64,000 nt of DNA, from positions 15,562,001-15,626,000 of the forward strand of contig OZ281501.1 in the NCBI GenBank assembly GCA_965637545.1. Reading direction: 5' to 3'. The notes beneath the pieces are model-generated. The model saw only the letters and a list, made by a program, of their open reading frames with translations, was not told where the DNA came from and searched no databases. The translations under genes and the position numbers were made by a program. This DNA comes from Phallusia mammillata. Taxonomy: Eukaryota. Positions 25,026 to 38,674 of this stretch are shown here, in pieces. Every line of letters begins with the position of its first letter. Position 1 is the first letter of the stretch.

Positions 25026-25662
25026 GCGTAGACCAATGAAGAAAAAACTGCGGTAAACATTTTAATCTATGTACGTGTTTGTGCGTGAAAATTTTGCTTG
25101 TTAAAACAGGGTTGCACAACCTATTCGCTATGACGGTCTCATCACGGATGCCTATTTCACCGCCATTGCTCGGCTTGTTTTTGTTTTAAAATTACAGGAG
25201 TGGAGAAATAAGTTTATCTCATATATGTATACTTTCTGCTGTATTATTCGCTATACACCATCGTAATAACCCCGACATTAGAAAGTCGGTGAATGTTTGT
25301 CCAAGTATTTGGCAAAGACGTTGTTCTTTATGCCGGATTGAAGATTGGAACTTTCATTTTGGTGCAATCGAAAGAAAAACAAAGCAAACAATTCCTTCTA
25401 TGTAGGCATTTGAAGTTATAACACTTTGTTTTTACAGACGCAAGAACAACGCGTTTCCTGTAAAAGTGTAAAATTTCACACATCTGTAAAAGTTTCAGAA
25501 GTCAGCAGAGGGTGACATGAATTTTCTTAGAAAATCTAAAACCCAGTTAATATGGTGACAGAAATCAGCTAGCTTTACAGCATAGGAATGCAGCTTTAAA
25601 TTTAAACAGTCAATGGGAATTGCAGCAAGTTCCCAAATTTAACAAACATTTCAATTACTGAA

Positions 25663-27078
25663 ATGACTTCCATTCAAAATAGTAGCCATTTGCTTGATGA
25701 ACGACCAGGAGAAAAAACTTTGACAAATCAGTACAATAATGAAGAAATTGTAAAACTATCGCCCGAAAGATGGCTAGTAGCTGGCATATTGACAGTGGTC
25801 ACTTTGTTCCGAAGCATCAACCAATCAGGTTTGGGTACCATCAACAACGTCATGGCACAATACTTTGACGTCATGCCATGGCAAATTGATTGGATGTTCA
25901 ATACTGCTGCTTTGTCTGCTGCTGCATCATGCGTACCTGTTATATTCGTACTGAGAAGACTCAATGTCAAATTGTCTTTGGTTGCAGGGATCCTATGTGT
26001 TGCTCTAGGTTTAACCCTCACCTGTATTTCGCTTATTAGTCGCAACGGATACATTGCCTCACTTCTGGGTCAGATGTCATATGGTGTTTCCATAGCCATT
26101 TTGAATCCACTGAGAACCTCAATCGCTGCAGTGTGGTTTCCTGCCAACGAAATTGCCTACGCTCTGGGATTTATGTTTGTTGGTGGGGCTCTTGGTGAAG
26201 CTACTGGTGGTGTAATCACTTCTCACTTGGTTTCAATTAGTGATAGTTCATCAACGGTCCGAATACGTTTGTTAGCTGTCTTTAGTTCATTGACTGTGAT
26301 CATATGGATCGTCCTAATTTTGGTTGTGGTATTCTTGAAACAACAGCCAAAGCATCCTCCAAGTGTCGCTCAGGCCAAAGTGTTGCAGCTAAAGGAAATG
26401 GAACAAAGCAGCAGCTTCAGAGAGGATCTTGTGAAATTTAAAAACGTGCAAGTTAAACTTCTTACAGATGTAAATTTTCTGACACTTTTGCCTGTTTATT
26501 TTATAATCGGAACATTTATGCGGTTTACCACTGTTCTTCTTACTTCAATCTTGCACCGAGGTTTTTTCCAGAGAAAGAATTTAAACCGAGATGGCGGCTA
26601 CATGATCATGGGCTTATGGATTTTGTTTATTGCTGGTGGATTTTTAGCCGGACCTTTGCTCAGCAAAACTAGGCGATACAAAGCAGTTGTTGTAGTGTCA
26701 TTTGGATTGACAAATTTGTTCTGGGCACTTACCTTAATTGGGATCAAAGTTTCATCAATTGCAGTAGTTTACATTAGTCTTTATATGTTGGGATTTGTTA
26801 TTGGCTCAGCTGATGTCAGTATTACAGAACTTTTGGTTGAAGTTACTTATCCCACCAATATTCAGGAGATTTATGTTATCTTGCTGCTTGGAATGGGAAC
26901 AGTTTTTGTAATTGAGAACTTTGTTGTCAGATTGTTATTGGACATGTTCGGACCAGAAGTGTCTCTTGCTTTTCCCCTTATACTACTATTGATTTCCACA
27001 ATTTTGCTTGTGATAAAACAGCTGCCATTTTACCGACTGGAAGCAGAAGATTCAACGCAACAGCCACTACTGCGGTAA
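25663..27078 (+). CDS. Intronless SLC49/FLVCR-like MFS transporter, subfamily A copy 2 (471 aa)
   Basis: Paralog of 20205-21611 with the same motifs; intact ORF. Confidence 0.9.
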   Translation: MTSIQNSSHLLDERPGEKTLTNQYNNEEIVKLSPERWLVAGILTVVTLFRSINQSGLGTINNVMAQYFDVMPWQIDWMFNTAALSAAASCVPVIFVLRRLNVKLSLVAGILCVALGLTLTCISLISRNGYIASLLGQMSYGVSIAILNPLRTSIAAVWFPANEIAYALGFMFVGGALGEATGGVITSHLVSISDSSSTVRIRLLAVFSSLTVIIWIVLILVVVFLKQQPKHPPSVAQAKVLQLKEMEQSSSFREDLVKFKNVQVKLLTDVNFLTLLPVYFIIGTFMRFTTVLLTSILHRGFFQRKNLNRDGGYMIMGLWILFIAGGFLAGPLLSKTRRYKAVVVVSFGLTNLFWALTLIGIKVSSIAVVYISLYMLGFVIGSADVSITELLVEVTYPTNIQEIYVILLLGMGTVFVIENFVVRLLLDMFGPEVSLAFPLILLLISTILLVIKQLPFYRLEAEDSTQQPLLR

Positions 27079-28403
27079 ACATGTATAGGTGTGTGACTAA
27101 ACATATTTCCCTCCGTGTTACGTTAAAAAGTTTAATTTAAACTTTGAACCACCACAGTATAAAAAATATGTTATTTGGTTCGCAATTATCTTTCTATTTG
27201 TAGAAAACCAAAATAGTTACAGTTCGTACAGTTTGTTGACTTTTTCATGGGACTAAAACGTGAACAACAACAGCAACATGCCTCTTAAAGAGCTTTTGTG
27301 GCCGAACTGCATAAAACAATATGAAATAATCTGATGGAGCAAACATCAATATTAAACTGTTTACGCGCAACATTTTGGCAATACTAAAGCCTAAGTAACA
27401 CAGTCAGAAGAACTGAAGTAACTGACTTCCTGCTACTGTTGGTGCGAAAACAGCGACGATTGACTTTTTTGCAGGGTTGCGAAACCAGAAGTGTGACAAT
27501 GTGGCAAATAATATTAAAACTGCCAACATTCAAAGGAATAGTCAGTTGTGCAATAGACATGCTGGCGATCAGTTTATAGGTGGATTTTTTGTGTATATCA
27601 TTGCATAGCGACCATCACACTATGCAAATCATCAAAGCAATTGAACTGCCTGTTGATTGACGTAGTGCTTCTGATATTCGTTTCGGAATTTAGTTTGCAC
27701 TAAATCCAGCAGTTCCAAATCATTCACAACTGGGTTCTAGGGTAATAAACTTATTCATCCGTGCTCTAAAACTATAGTTTTTAAACTTTGTTGTTAAATT
27801 CAATTATCCTTAACTCCAAGGCTCAGCCATTATTGTGTTTTATTCATGTTTTTGTGAATCCATAAAGGCATAAACCCCCTTTGCGTCGGGCTTTATTTGC
27901 ATGGTTAAAAGTTTTATTATTATCTGTGCATCTACATACTTCGCTCATTATAACTTTGCGTTGAGCAGCTGTTTCTGGTTTACTTTTGTTTGAAAGCCTT
28001 TCTATCGCATTTTTCATAACCAAGCAAAATATTTTCGCAGATTATCTTCATTAATGCTGCTAAGAACACAACACTGAATATAATTCGTTTAGTGTTCAAA
28101 TTTGTTGTAGTTATAAAGGTTCTTAAGGTTTGAAACACGAATTCGTATCTTTAATTTGCCATTCTGTTTATTGGCGTAAACGTTTAGATTCGAAATCTTT
28201 AAAATGAAGTTGTCCCATCTTAATACAAAGACTCGGACCTCTGTTGCTTTTACACGTATTAGCAATCGAAAAGATAGGCGTTATCTCAAAAAAGTTTTTC
28301 CAAAACTCGTGCATACCAAATATTTTAGCACATTGATCAACCGTTGTATTTGTAACGATTTGCGCAATTTATTTCCAGATCGGTGATAATTGTAGCCGGT
28401 TCG

Positions 28404-28875
28404 TCACTTGTCTTCACTGGTGATGTCAGATATCAGGCGTTCTGCTTCTTGACGATAAAATGGCATCTTTATGGACAGCATAAAACATGTAGGTAGCAGT
28501 AGTAAAAAAAGGACAAAGGAAAATGGCACTACAGGGCCAAACTTATCCAGTAAGAGTCTAGCAATGGTGGTTTGAATAATCCTCATACATCCTACTCCAA
28601 TCACAATGAGTACAAATACATCTGTGATGAAAATTGGATAAGTAACTTGAACTACAAACTCGGTAACACCCACTAACGCAATTTCTACAAAAAACACACT
28701 AGAATTTGGCTGGTATAAATGTATGGTGAAATTTCGATTCCAGCTATCCCAAGAACGTAAGAAACACTTACCAGGCCAGTAGACACAACCACTGCTACCT
28801 TGTAACGTCCAGTTATATTGAGCAAAGGACCTGCCAATAAATATCCAACAATGGTCATTATCCAAAGGCCTATGA
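28404..28875 (-). pseudogene. 3' fragment of a subfamily C MFS gene, frameshifted
   Basis: GPLLNITGRYK / VTEFVVQVTYP..TTIARLLLDKFGP..KMPFYRQEAE match subfamily C; the 5' two-thirds is missing. Confidence 0.85.
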
Positions 28876-30048
28876 ATTAATAGACAAGCCTACTTTTTGC
28901 GACCAGGCTAGTGAATTTCCGAAAACAGCAAGGTCAGCAAATTAAAAAGAATGTCTAAGACACGAGTTTCGCTCAAAACCAGGGCTTATCAATCGATACA
29001 GATGACTGGCAAATTCGTCGTCTGACTTGAAGTAGAGGAAAAAAGGTACTCGAGTGCCGCTAAAAGTGCGTGTAACTACCTTACAAAAAAGTGTGTACAT
29101 AAAGAGAACCTTTGACATGTAATGTTTGGAGAATTTTTCTAACTACGTTTCCGTTTGGATTTTAGGCCTAAAGCACTGGCGAGCATTTATCTTCTATTGT
29201 TTTACTCCAGCTCAACACTTTTAGCAGTTTTTGCAACATGAGAGAAATTTGTTTATCATTGTTCTTAAAACACCCAATATGTTTTATTGTTATTATAACT
29301 GCAAATTATTTGATTCTGCAGCAGTGTTAGGTCACGGCAATATACCTTTAAAACTAAGCCTTGAGCCTTTGTGAGATGCGCGAAGTATTTTCTACGAGCA
29401 AGGAGTTGCTGGAACAGATTTTGAAAACGTTTGCGTCGTTTTCGTATGCAAATTTTTCGGTTGTCCTTATTTTCGGCTCCGTGTCGAAGGCAACCTATCC
29501 TAAAGCACTGGCGAGCATTTAGCTTCTATTGTTTTTCTCACGTCCAGCATTTTCAGCAATTGTTGCAATGTTAGAGAGTTTTGTTTATCATTGTTGTCTC
29601 GTTTGCAGCAAAAACACCCAGTATGTTTTGTTGTTATCATAACTGCAAAGTATTTGATTCTGAAGCAGTGTTCTGCCACGGCAATATACGTTGAAGAGTT
29701 TCTTGTTTGTCTCATGCAAAGTACTAAAATAACATCGTTTTGACTTGTTTTTGTCGTAAATTTTTATTTCTGATTTTATATAAACTGCGAAATTTTCAGT
29801 GCAGTTTAGAGTCAACGTGCGTTTTCTGAAGTGCTTGATACACGGATTGGGCAACATAAATAACTATCAGCAGGAAATTGTGTTATATGAATGTACAGTT
29901 TTCACAAATCATGAGATAGTTTTTGTTATGTTTGTTCTCCAGAGTGCTGGTTTAAATGCTAGACTTGTCATAAAACATATTTTTGAATAATTCAAAGCAT
30001 TTCGTCACACATCGGTTAGATTTGAATGCAAGAAAATCAGAAGGTTTA

Positions 30049-31443
30049 ATGAAAAACCAAAAAGAAGCAACCCCTTTGATCAACCCGGGCCCAGAAAATG
30101 GTGATGCGAATAAAGAGGTTGTGAAAGCATCTCCTGAAAGATGGGTGATAGTTATTATCATGAGTGTTGTGTCATGCATGCGAAGCTTTGTATTGGCAGC
30201 ATTTGGTCTCAACAACAATGTCATGGCCAAGTACTTTAACGTGGAGCCTTGGCAAATTGACTGGCTTTCTAATGTTCGGGCTTTAACCATGGTTTTGTTT
30301 TGTATACCTCTGTTGTTTATTTTGAGAAGATTCAGTGTGAAAACGTCTATCGTTGCAGTGGTCGGTTGCTCAGCTACAAGTTTAACCCTGGCCAGTTTAG
30401 CAGTTTCATTTCGTCAAGGTTATTTTATCGCCATATTGGGCCAGGTAATGTCCGCTTTCTCCACAACGATCCGGATTCCACTGAAAAGTGCAATCGCTGC
30501 TGTATGGTTTCCAGCCAACGAAATTGCCTACGCTGTCGGTATCATGTTTATAGGAAGGGCTCTTGGAAAAGCTACTGGTGCTGTGGTCGCCTCTCATTTG
30601 GGTTCAATCAGTGATAGTCCATCAATAATCCGAATGCGTTTGTTGGCAGTTTTTGGCTCTTTTGCTATTGCCACATGGACTGTCCTTGTGTTTGTGGTGT
30701 TGTTTATCAAACCACGACCCAAGCATCCTCCAAGCATTGCTCAAGCCAAAGTGCTGCAGTTACAAGAGTTACAAGAAAGCACTAGCCTCAAAGAAGAGCT
30801 AATACAGTTCAAAAATGTACAACTAAAATTGTTGACTAATGTCCACTTTTTGACGGCGTGGTTTGCACGAATTACTATCGACTCAGTTCCACGATTTACA
30901 ACCACTTTGTTATCATCGATATTACAAGCAAACTTTAGCAAAAAAGGAAACACCAGCGTTGACGGAGGCTTTATGATTATGGGACTTTGTCTCATGTCGA
31001 TTGTGGGCAGTTTTTCAGCAGGGCCTTTGCTGAGCATAACTGGACGTTATAAAGCATCGGTAGCTGTGTCTACTGGCCTGGCAAGCGTTTCATGCGTTCT
31101 TGGGATAGCTGGACTCGCCGTTACTTCAACTTCCTTGGTTTATGCAAGCCAAATATTGCTGGGGCTTTTCGTGGGACTTGCATCAGTGAGTGTTACAGAA
31201 CTTATAGTGCAAGTTACTTATCCAACCCGCATTACAGATGCATTTGTGTTCAACGTGATTGGTGTAGGAATCATGTTGGTCGTTCAAACCACTATTGCTA
31301 GATTGTTACTCGAAAAGTTTGGACCTATCGCACCATTTACTCTGGAACTGTTCTGTCTACTGTTAGCAACATGTTTGTTGCCCTTCATGAAGATGCCATT
31401 TTACCGCCAAGAAGCGGCAGCCAGTACCACTGAAAATCAATAA
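30049..31443 (+). CDS. Intronless SLC49/FLVCR-like MFS transporter, subfamily C (464 aa from the first ATG)
   Basis: The track start at 29983 is TTG; the first in-frame ATG is 30049 (MKNQKE). WQIDWL, AAVWFPANEI and PKHPPSIAQA motifs. Confidence 0.9.
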   Translation: MKNQKEATPLINPGPENGDANKEVVKASPERWVIVIIMSVVSCMRSFVLAAFGLNNNVMAKYFNVEPWQIDWLSNVRALTMVLFCIPLLFILRRFSVKTSIVAVVGCSATSLTLASLAVSFRQGYFIAILGQVMSAFSTTIRIPLKSAIAAVWFPANEIAYAVGIMFIGRALGKATGAVVASHLGSISDSPSIIRMRLLAVFGSFAIATWTVLVFVVLFIKPRPKHPPSIAQAKVLQLQELQESTSLKEELIQFKNVQLKLLTNVHFLTAWFARITIDSVPRFTTTLLSSILQANFSKKGNTSVDGGFMIMGLCLMSIVGSFSAGPLLSITGRYKASVAVSTGLASVSCVLGIAGLAVTSTSLVYASQILLGLFVGLASVSVTELIVQVTYPTRITDAFVFNVIGVGIMLVVQTTIARLLLEKFGPIAPFTLELFCLLLATCLLPFMKMPFYRQEAAASTTENQ

Positions 31444-32309
31444 TAAACCTGGAACAAATACAACAATCCAAAAACGTTTACGTTTAAAATGTGTCATGTG
31501 ATTACAGCACAACTATTATTAGCACAACTGTTAACTCTTATTGGAATTCACAAAAAAATATTCTATTTGTTATTTACATGCTCTTACGTACAACACTTTG
31601 CAATAAATATTCCTTTAAAGCATCGTTTTTTAAACGGTTAAGGATTGAGTTATTTTCTGGCAACTCAAATCCTATTTTCTGGTGTCTATTTGAATTTCAG
31701 TAATTTTCTTTGAAAAGGGCCGAGCGAGAAGATTTTTCGGGTCGTATTACTATGATGAAAAAGTCAGTGACACATTCTTCAGCAGAAAAATCAACTATAC
31801 GTTTCATGTGTTTTTTCTTTTATGTTATGTCGTTGCCAAGCTAAATGTCACAGCAAAACATATGTCAAAGACGTGACTGCAATGCTGTCTTCAATACAAG
31901 CAGCAGATAAATGTATAACTTATTAACCCTTGACGTCAGTTTCTTATTCACGAACATACTTGGATGTCTGAGAGGTATTTAGGTTCAGAAATTTAACTAA
32001 AATGACAAAAAGGAAAAAAGACAGTTGTGGGCTTGTTTTGTCACGTTTTCCGGCTTACATCTGCACACAACCAACTCCCGAGATGTCATTGGGTAAAAGT
32101 GCTCAAACACTGCGAGTTGTTGAGTAGTGTCCAGAGAGTTTTTCGCAGGCAATTATGAAACATGTGAGATTTGACAAGAATGATTTTTTGAAGGAACTTT
32201 GTTTAGAACTTAAATGCGTAAATTATAAATTTTCACAATAGGAAGTAAAGAAAATGGATGTGTTTTACCCTTCAGATACTGAATTATATAAAAAAATGGG
32301 GAGACATGG

Positions 32310-32450
32310 CTTTGCAGTATGTTACTCCCAACAAATTGGAGTGTTGACAGAATTAATGCGGCTCATGTCTTGTCACCAACTGGACTGATCAGATCGGTCG
32401 AATTAATGTGCACTGCCTCTACAGTTAACTTATCATCTGTTTTCTCGACG
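32310..32450 (+). repeat. Relic of the HHR repeat monomer upstream of B1
   Basis: GTTACTCCCAACAAATTGGAG..CATGTCTTGTCACCAACTGGA CTGATCA GATCGGTC GAA TTAATGTGCACTG..ACTTATCATCT, shared with the 12.6-16.8 kb monomers. Confidence 0.7.
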
Positions 32451-32541
32451 CTTTTATATCTTTACATATTTAGTTGTCACACTTAAAGTATACCGTTTTT
32501 TAGTTTTGGTTTTACTTAACTAGTGTTGTTTATCAGCAAAT

Positions 32542-33961
32542 ATGGCACATGAATGCGATCTTACGAAATCAACCGCTTCTCCTAATTCACGTCCGGTTAA
32601 CGAAACCAGATCACAGGAAATCAAACCGGTTCCCAGCATATGGTTTGCAGCTATTCTGATGTTTACAGTCAGCTTTTGTAGAGGTTGGGTGTCATCATGC
32701 TACCGCTCAGTAAACGATGTCCTTGCTAAATATTTCCAAGTCCTGCCGTGACAAATACAATAGACTGACTGGTGATCTCACAAGCAGTTGTGTTTGTCCT
32801 TTGTACCGTTCCACTGTCGTTTGTTATGAGCAGTGCTAACTACAGAACCGCATTCATTCTTATGACCTCGTGCCAAGCTGTGGGGGTGCTTCTTGTGAAC
32901 ATGTCATTTTTGTCACAGCAAACTTTCGCCCTGGCAATTGTACGACAATCTGTGTCAGGAGCCAGCAACATCCTTTCACTGATTTGGTTCCCAGCACAGC
33001 CGCTGTATGGTTACAGCCAACGAAATTGACCCAGTCATTTCTTTTTGTATAGTAGGATGGGGACTAGGTGAAGCTTTTGGATCACTACGACTCCACTTTT
33101 AGTGAAAATGGACCAAACGTCGTCCACAATACGGTTCCGTATGCTTATTCTACTCAATTCAGTGGGTTTAGTGCTGGTTATATGTTTAATAGCCGGTATT
33201 AATAGTATTTTTTTCTTAAAAATCGGCCATCTACACCGCCGAGCATAGCACACGCGAAACTGATAAAATATCACGAGACAACGAGGAAAGTAAATTTCAC
33301 GGAACAACTTGTTCGTTTCAAGGATCTAATGTTCAATCTATATACAGACCGTTACTTTCTAACGCTGTGGTCAGTGTATGGCCTAAGTCTTTCAGTTATG
33401 CGAAGTTACACCATTCTTCTTTCCTCTGTTCTGCACAATCAGTTTCAAAAAGCCTCTGGTTTAAACACTAAAGCAGGATTGGTGCTGATGACATCCTGGG
33501 TTATGTCAATATTTGGAAGTTTGGTTGCCGGGCCCTTTGTCACGAAAACTAAAAGATACAAAGCTATAGTAGTAGCCTGTTTGGCCACGCAAACTGGGTT
33601 GTGCATGTAAGGCCTTATAGGTGCTCACTTGTTGAACTTTGCTGTGATTTATTTTGGGATGGCAATACTTGGATTTGTTACTGGTTCAGCGTCTGTTGCT
33701 CTCTATGAATTACTTGCAGAAATTACCTACTCATCCTCCGTTAAACAAGTTACAATGCTGGCCACATTTGGTTTGGGAACAATGACACTATTGTACCCGG
33801 TGATTGGACGTGCGTTGTTGTCACACGTCAGTGCTTCAGCATCCGTCTGTTTTCCGATGATCACGACGTTTATTGCCGTGGTCCTAGTTGCTTCGCAGAC
33901 TCTGCCATTCCATAGGCTAAACGCCGAACAGTCAGAAATGGAACTACTACAGGAAGAATAG
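32542..33961 (+). pseudogene. Subfamily B MFS pseudogene (B1)
   Basis: Colinear with 38931-40343; TGG>TGA at 32749-32751, several frameshifts, TAA at 33608-33610. Confidence 0.9.
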
Positions 33962-34523
33962 TAACTATTTTCAGAATAATGCGAAATAGAGCAATTAATT
34001 GTATTTTAGCTTCTACGGACATGACGCAATTAAATAAAAAATAATTAACACACCGTGTTTGTGTTCTAAACTTTTGCCTCGCTCCGAAGCATCGAAGCTG
34101 TAGCGAGCGCAAGTTATTGGCTGCCACTTTTGCTTCTGCAGGCATTTAACATTCAACAACCTCGAGACGGTTGTATTTGGCCAAACTGTAACCAAGTTTG
34201 TTTGAGTGTTGAAACACAACATTTTTTGTATATATTTTTAAACGTCTTTGCAAAAGTACTCGAGCAAGTTAATGTTTTTGATAGTCAATGTAAAACCACT
34301 TTGCGCATTGTTTAACCACAATACAAAACTACTAAAAACTAAAACAGAGTTGCTTTTAAATAGTTAGCCGATGTCAAAACCCACAATGGAACGGCCAAAA
34401 AGTGTATTTTGAGGCTAAATGTCAAACGAAACCCACGCAACAGCATCAGGATTAGATATGTGGTCACATAACAACGTTTTCCCAAACCTGATACTACTAC
34501 ATGCTGCCCTGACTTGACTGCCC

Positions 34524-34648
34524 TTAGCAGTTTTCCCTGGCAAAGATCCAACTGTGCCAGAAACTCCATTTACTTTTGTATTTGTTGATACATGAACCGA
34601 ATGCTCTATCGCAGTAACACGCGTCTCTGCCCAGTGATGCACCTCTAG
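34524..34648 (-). pseudogene. Orphan last exon of secreted phospholipase A2
   Basis: TTTACCAG acceptor, then RGASLGRDACYCDRAFGSCINKYKSKWSFWHSWIFARENC*; 125 nt like exon 4 at 40712-40836; upstream exons absent. Confidence 0.85.
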
Positions 34649-34714
34649 CTGGTAAAGCATGAAAGTTAAAATTGGTTTGCAACCATTTTATTCTTGCTTG
34701 TAATTTGTCTAGGG

Positions 34715-35270
34715 CAGTGGTTCTCAACCTTTTTTCTTTCGTGGCCCATTTGTATTGCTCAAATTCTGTGGCCCAGTAAATTTTTAAGAAAGAAAAAACC
34801 ACTATAAAATAGGTTCAGAAAAAAAGCAGAACATATTTTAAACAGATTATAAGTTTAAAATAACTTAAAAAAAATGCATAAAACAGCATTTTCCTTTCTT
34901 TAATCAAGCGCTTTTAATTATGACCAGAGTAATTGGACAATGGATATGCTGCTATCTGGCTTTATTGTAATCACAAAGTAGTTTATTATTACATCTTAAA
35001 CATAAAGTGTTGCAGAAACTGAAAGTAACTTTATACTGTAAATAGATCAATTCAAATTAATTTACGTCCCTTCTCAATTTCTCCCCAAGCCATTATTTTT
35101 TCAAAATTGAGTGTAGTGACACAAATCAAAATATTTAAAAAAAAAAAGCTTTCTATTAGATTGGTCTGTGGCCCAATCAAAATGCTTTCTGTGAGATTGG
35201 TCTGTGGCCCAATCATGGAATATTTCCAATGTCTCCCATTCAACATATACGACTGTGGTTCTCAACTAAT
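34715..35270. mobile_element. Partial hAT-type MITE
   Basis: Left TIR CAGTGGTTCTCAACC; right end and TSD not resolved, so the end coordinate is approximate. Confidence 0.45.
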
Positions 35271-36200
35271 CGCGTACCATCCGACAACTTTGTCTATTGC
35301 TGCGTACGACCTGAACCCTGTTTGAATGAGTAAATTAAAGATAAACCTACTTTTCGCGACCAGGCTAGCATATTTCCGAAACCAGCAAGGTTAGCAAGTT
35401 CAAAAGAATGTCCAAGGCATGAGTTTCGCCCTAAACCAGGGGTGCAGATCACTTGCAAATTCGTGGTCTCACTTGAAGTAGGACAAAAAGATACTCGAGT
35501 ACCACGTACCACTAATAATACGCGCACCATAGGTTAAACTGACTTAGTGTCACTACCAAGTAAACCTTTGACATAAAATATTTGGAGAATTTTCATCACT
35601 ACGTTGACCTAGTGTTGATTTTTGGGCCTAAAACACTGGCGAGCATTTATTTTCTATTGTTTTCCTCAAGCTCAGCACTTTTAACAATTTTGGCCACGTA
35701 AGAGAAGTTTGTTTATTATTGTTCTCCCGTTTGCCGCAAAACACCCAGTATGTTTTTTGTTATTATAACTGCAAAGTATTTAAATCTTCGGCAGTAGTGT
35801 TCTGTCACGGCAATATACGTTGCAGAGTTTCTTGTGTGGCTCATGCAAAGCACTTGAATATTTTAACATCGTTTAGACTTGTTTTTGTCGTAATTTTTGA
35901 TTTCTGATTTTTTATAAACCGCGAAATTTTCAGTGCGGTTCAAAGTCAACATGCATTTTCTGAAATGCTTGATACGCGATACATGATACACAGAGATAAC
36001 TTCCAACAGGAAATTGTGTCATTTGCATGTACAGTTTTCTGAAATCATAAGAAAGTTTGTGTTATGTTTGTTCTCTAGACTGCTGGTTTAGGTATCAGCG
36101 GTTAGCAATGCTAGACTTGCCATAAAACATATTTTTGAATAATTCAAAGCATATCGGTTAGGTTGGGTAACGTTTAAATGCAAGAAATTCAGAAGGTTTA

Positions 36201-37599
36201 ATGAAAAACCAAAAAGAAACAACCCCTTTGATCAACCCGAGCCCAGAAAACGATGATGCAAGAGGAGGCCCAAATGGGAATGAAGAAGTTGTGCTTCTCC
36301 CGAACGATGGGTGATATAGTTATCATCATGAGTGTCGTGCATGCGAAGCTTTGTATCGGCAACATTTGGTCTCACCAATAATGTCATGGCCAAGTACTTT
36401 AATGTGGAGCCTTGGCAAATTGACTGGCTTTCGAATGTTCGGACTTTTACGATGGTTTTGTTTTGCATACCTCTGTTGTTTATATTGAGAAGATTCAGCG
36501 TGAAAACGTCTATCGTTGTATTGGTCGCATGCTCAGCTGCAAGTTTCACCCTGACCAGTTTGGCAGTTTCATTTCGTCAAGGTTATTTTATCGCCATATT
36601 TGGCCAGGTAATGTCTACTTTTTCCACAACGATCCGGATTCCACTGAAAAGTGCAATCGCTGCTGTATGGTTTCCAGCCAACGAAATCGCCTACGCTGTC
36701 GGTATCATGTTTATAGGAAGGGCTCTTGGAAAAGCTACTGGTGCTGTGGTCGCCTCTCATCTGGGTTCAATCAGTGATAGTCCATCAATAATCCGAATGC
36801 GTTTGTTGGCAGTGTTTGGGTCATTCGCTGCTGTCACATGGGCTGTCCTCGTTGTGTTGTTTATCAAACCACGACCCAAGCACCCTCCAAGCATTGCTCA
36901 AGCCAAAGTTTTGCAGTTACAAGAGTTACAAGAAAGCACTAGCCTCAAAGAAGAGCTAATAAAGTTCAAAAACGTGCAACTAAAACTGTTGACCCAGTTC
37001 ACTTTTTAACAGCGTGGTTTGCAAGAATTACTATCGACCCAGTTCCACGATCCACAACGACTTTGTTATCATCTATACTACAAGCAAACTTCAGCAAGAA
37101 CGGAAATACCAACGTAGACGGAGGCTTTATGATCATGGGCCTTTGGCTCATGTCGATTGTGGGTAGTTTTTCAGCAGGACCTTTGCTAAGCAGAACTGGA
37201 CGTTATAAAGCATCGGTAGTTGTGTCTACCGCCCTGGCAAGCGTTTCTTGCGTTCTTGGTATAGCTGGACTCGCAATTACTTCAATTTCCATGGTTTATG
37301 CCAGCCAAATATTGCTGGGGCTTTTCGTGGGACTTGCATCAGTGAGTGTTACAGAACTGATAGTGCAAGTTACTTATCCAACCCGCATTACAGATGCATT
37401 TGTGTTCAACGTGATTGGTTTAGGAATCATGTTGGTCATTCAAACTACAATTGCTAGATTGTTACTCGAGAAGTTGGGACCTATCACAGCATTTGCTCTA
37501 GAACTGTTGTATCTACTGTTACCAACATGTCTGTTGCCCTTCATAAAGATGCCATTTTACCGCCAAGAAGCAGAAGCCAGTACCACTGAAAATCAATAA
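36201..37599 (+). pseudogene. Subfamily C MFS pseudogene (C2)
   Basis: Colinear with 30049-31443; ATG at 36201; frameshifts at ~36260-36335 and ~36995-37010. Confidence 0.9.
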
Positions 37600-37733
37600 T
37601 AAACCTGTTGACAGTGACTTTGATTTATTGAGTAATTTGATTTGCGTTTTATTTTTAAGCTATGTCGTGGCCACGCTAAATGTCACAAATGTCACAGCAA
37701 AACATATGTGAATTATTTCTCCTCTAAGACGTG

Positions 37734-38307
37734 TAGTGATCGATTTATGTTAATGGTGGCTAATGAGTCTTAAGGTTATAACCGCATCACTACAAATAAA
37801 GAGGTATACCACCGTTCTTAACCCCCAAGCTCCTGAGCTTGTCAGGACCTAGACCTGAAAACTTCACACAAGTGTCTAGCACTTCGTTTCGTTTGTTGAT
37901 AACTTCTGAAAGCAACAAGAAGGGAAAGGGAAAGAGAACGAAATGAACCACTGCGGTTGATGTATTCCCCGGATAAAGGCGTTAAATCGTACACATGTGC
38001 TCTTGCGATTGGCTCTTGCACAAATTCTCACACAAAGCAGCGTCCAATCATATCACGGGACAAAACATACGATATAGCGCATCCGGTATTTTATAAAAGC
38101 TCGCAAACAACAGATAAAAAAGTCGCATCTGCATCCTAATAAACTGCGACAGGAAATATTGCTAAGTCCGAACATGATTTTTCAATACAGTTGGATTTGG
38201 TTGCTACACATTTTAACTTCCTCGCAAGCTTTATGCTAGCGAGTCAAAACGAGCTATTTTGGTAAACAACTATTGCGAAGTTTGCTCAAATTATGTCGCA
38301 ATCGCTA
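37734..38307. mobile_element. Non-autonomous insertion, probably hAT-type
   Basis: Absent from the paralogous intergenic region (~52140-52160); short imperfect TIR TAGTGATCG / CAATCGCTA; TSD AAGACGTG / CAGACGTG. Confidence 0.6.
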
Positions 38308-38674
38308 CAGACGTGACTCCATTACAGTCTACAAATAAAAAACACACAAAAAAACAGAAGATATCTGTGCATTGTTTTTTTTTCAGTTTCTTATTCACGT
38401 ACATCCTTATCTGGAAACCTATAGTGGTTCAGCAATTTAGCTAAAATGACAAGAGGACAAAAAGACAGTTGTGAGGTTGTTTTGTCACGTTTTCCGGCTC
38501 ACATCTGCATGCAAGCAACTCCCGAGATGTCATTGGGTAACAGTTCTCGAACACTGCGAGTTGTTGAGGAGTGTCCAGAGAGTTTTTCGCAGGCAACATG
38601 TTAGATTTGACGAGAATGATTTTTTTAAAGTAACTTAGCTGAGAACTTTAGCTACTGAAGACCAAAACTATGTG

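Noticed and set aside
35140-35220. Two 35-bp direct repeats with a small hairpin
   Set aside because: Only two units inside a MITE-like region; an ordinary slippage duplication.
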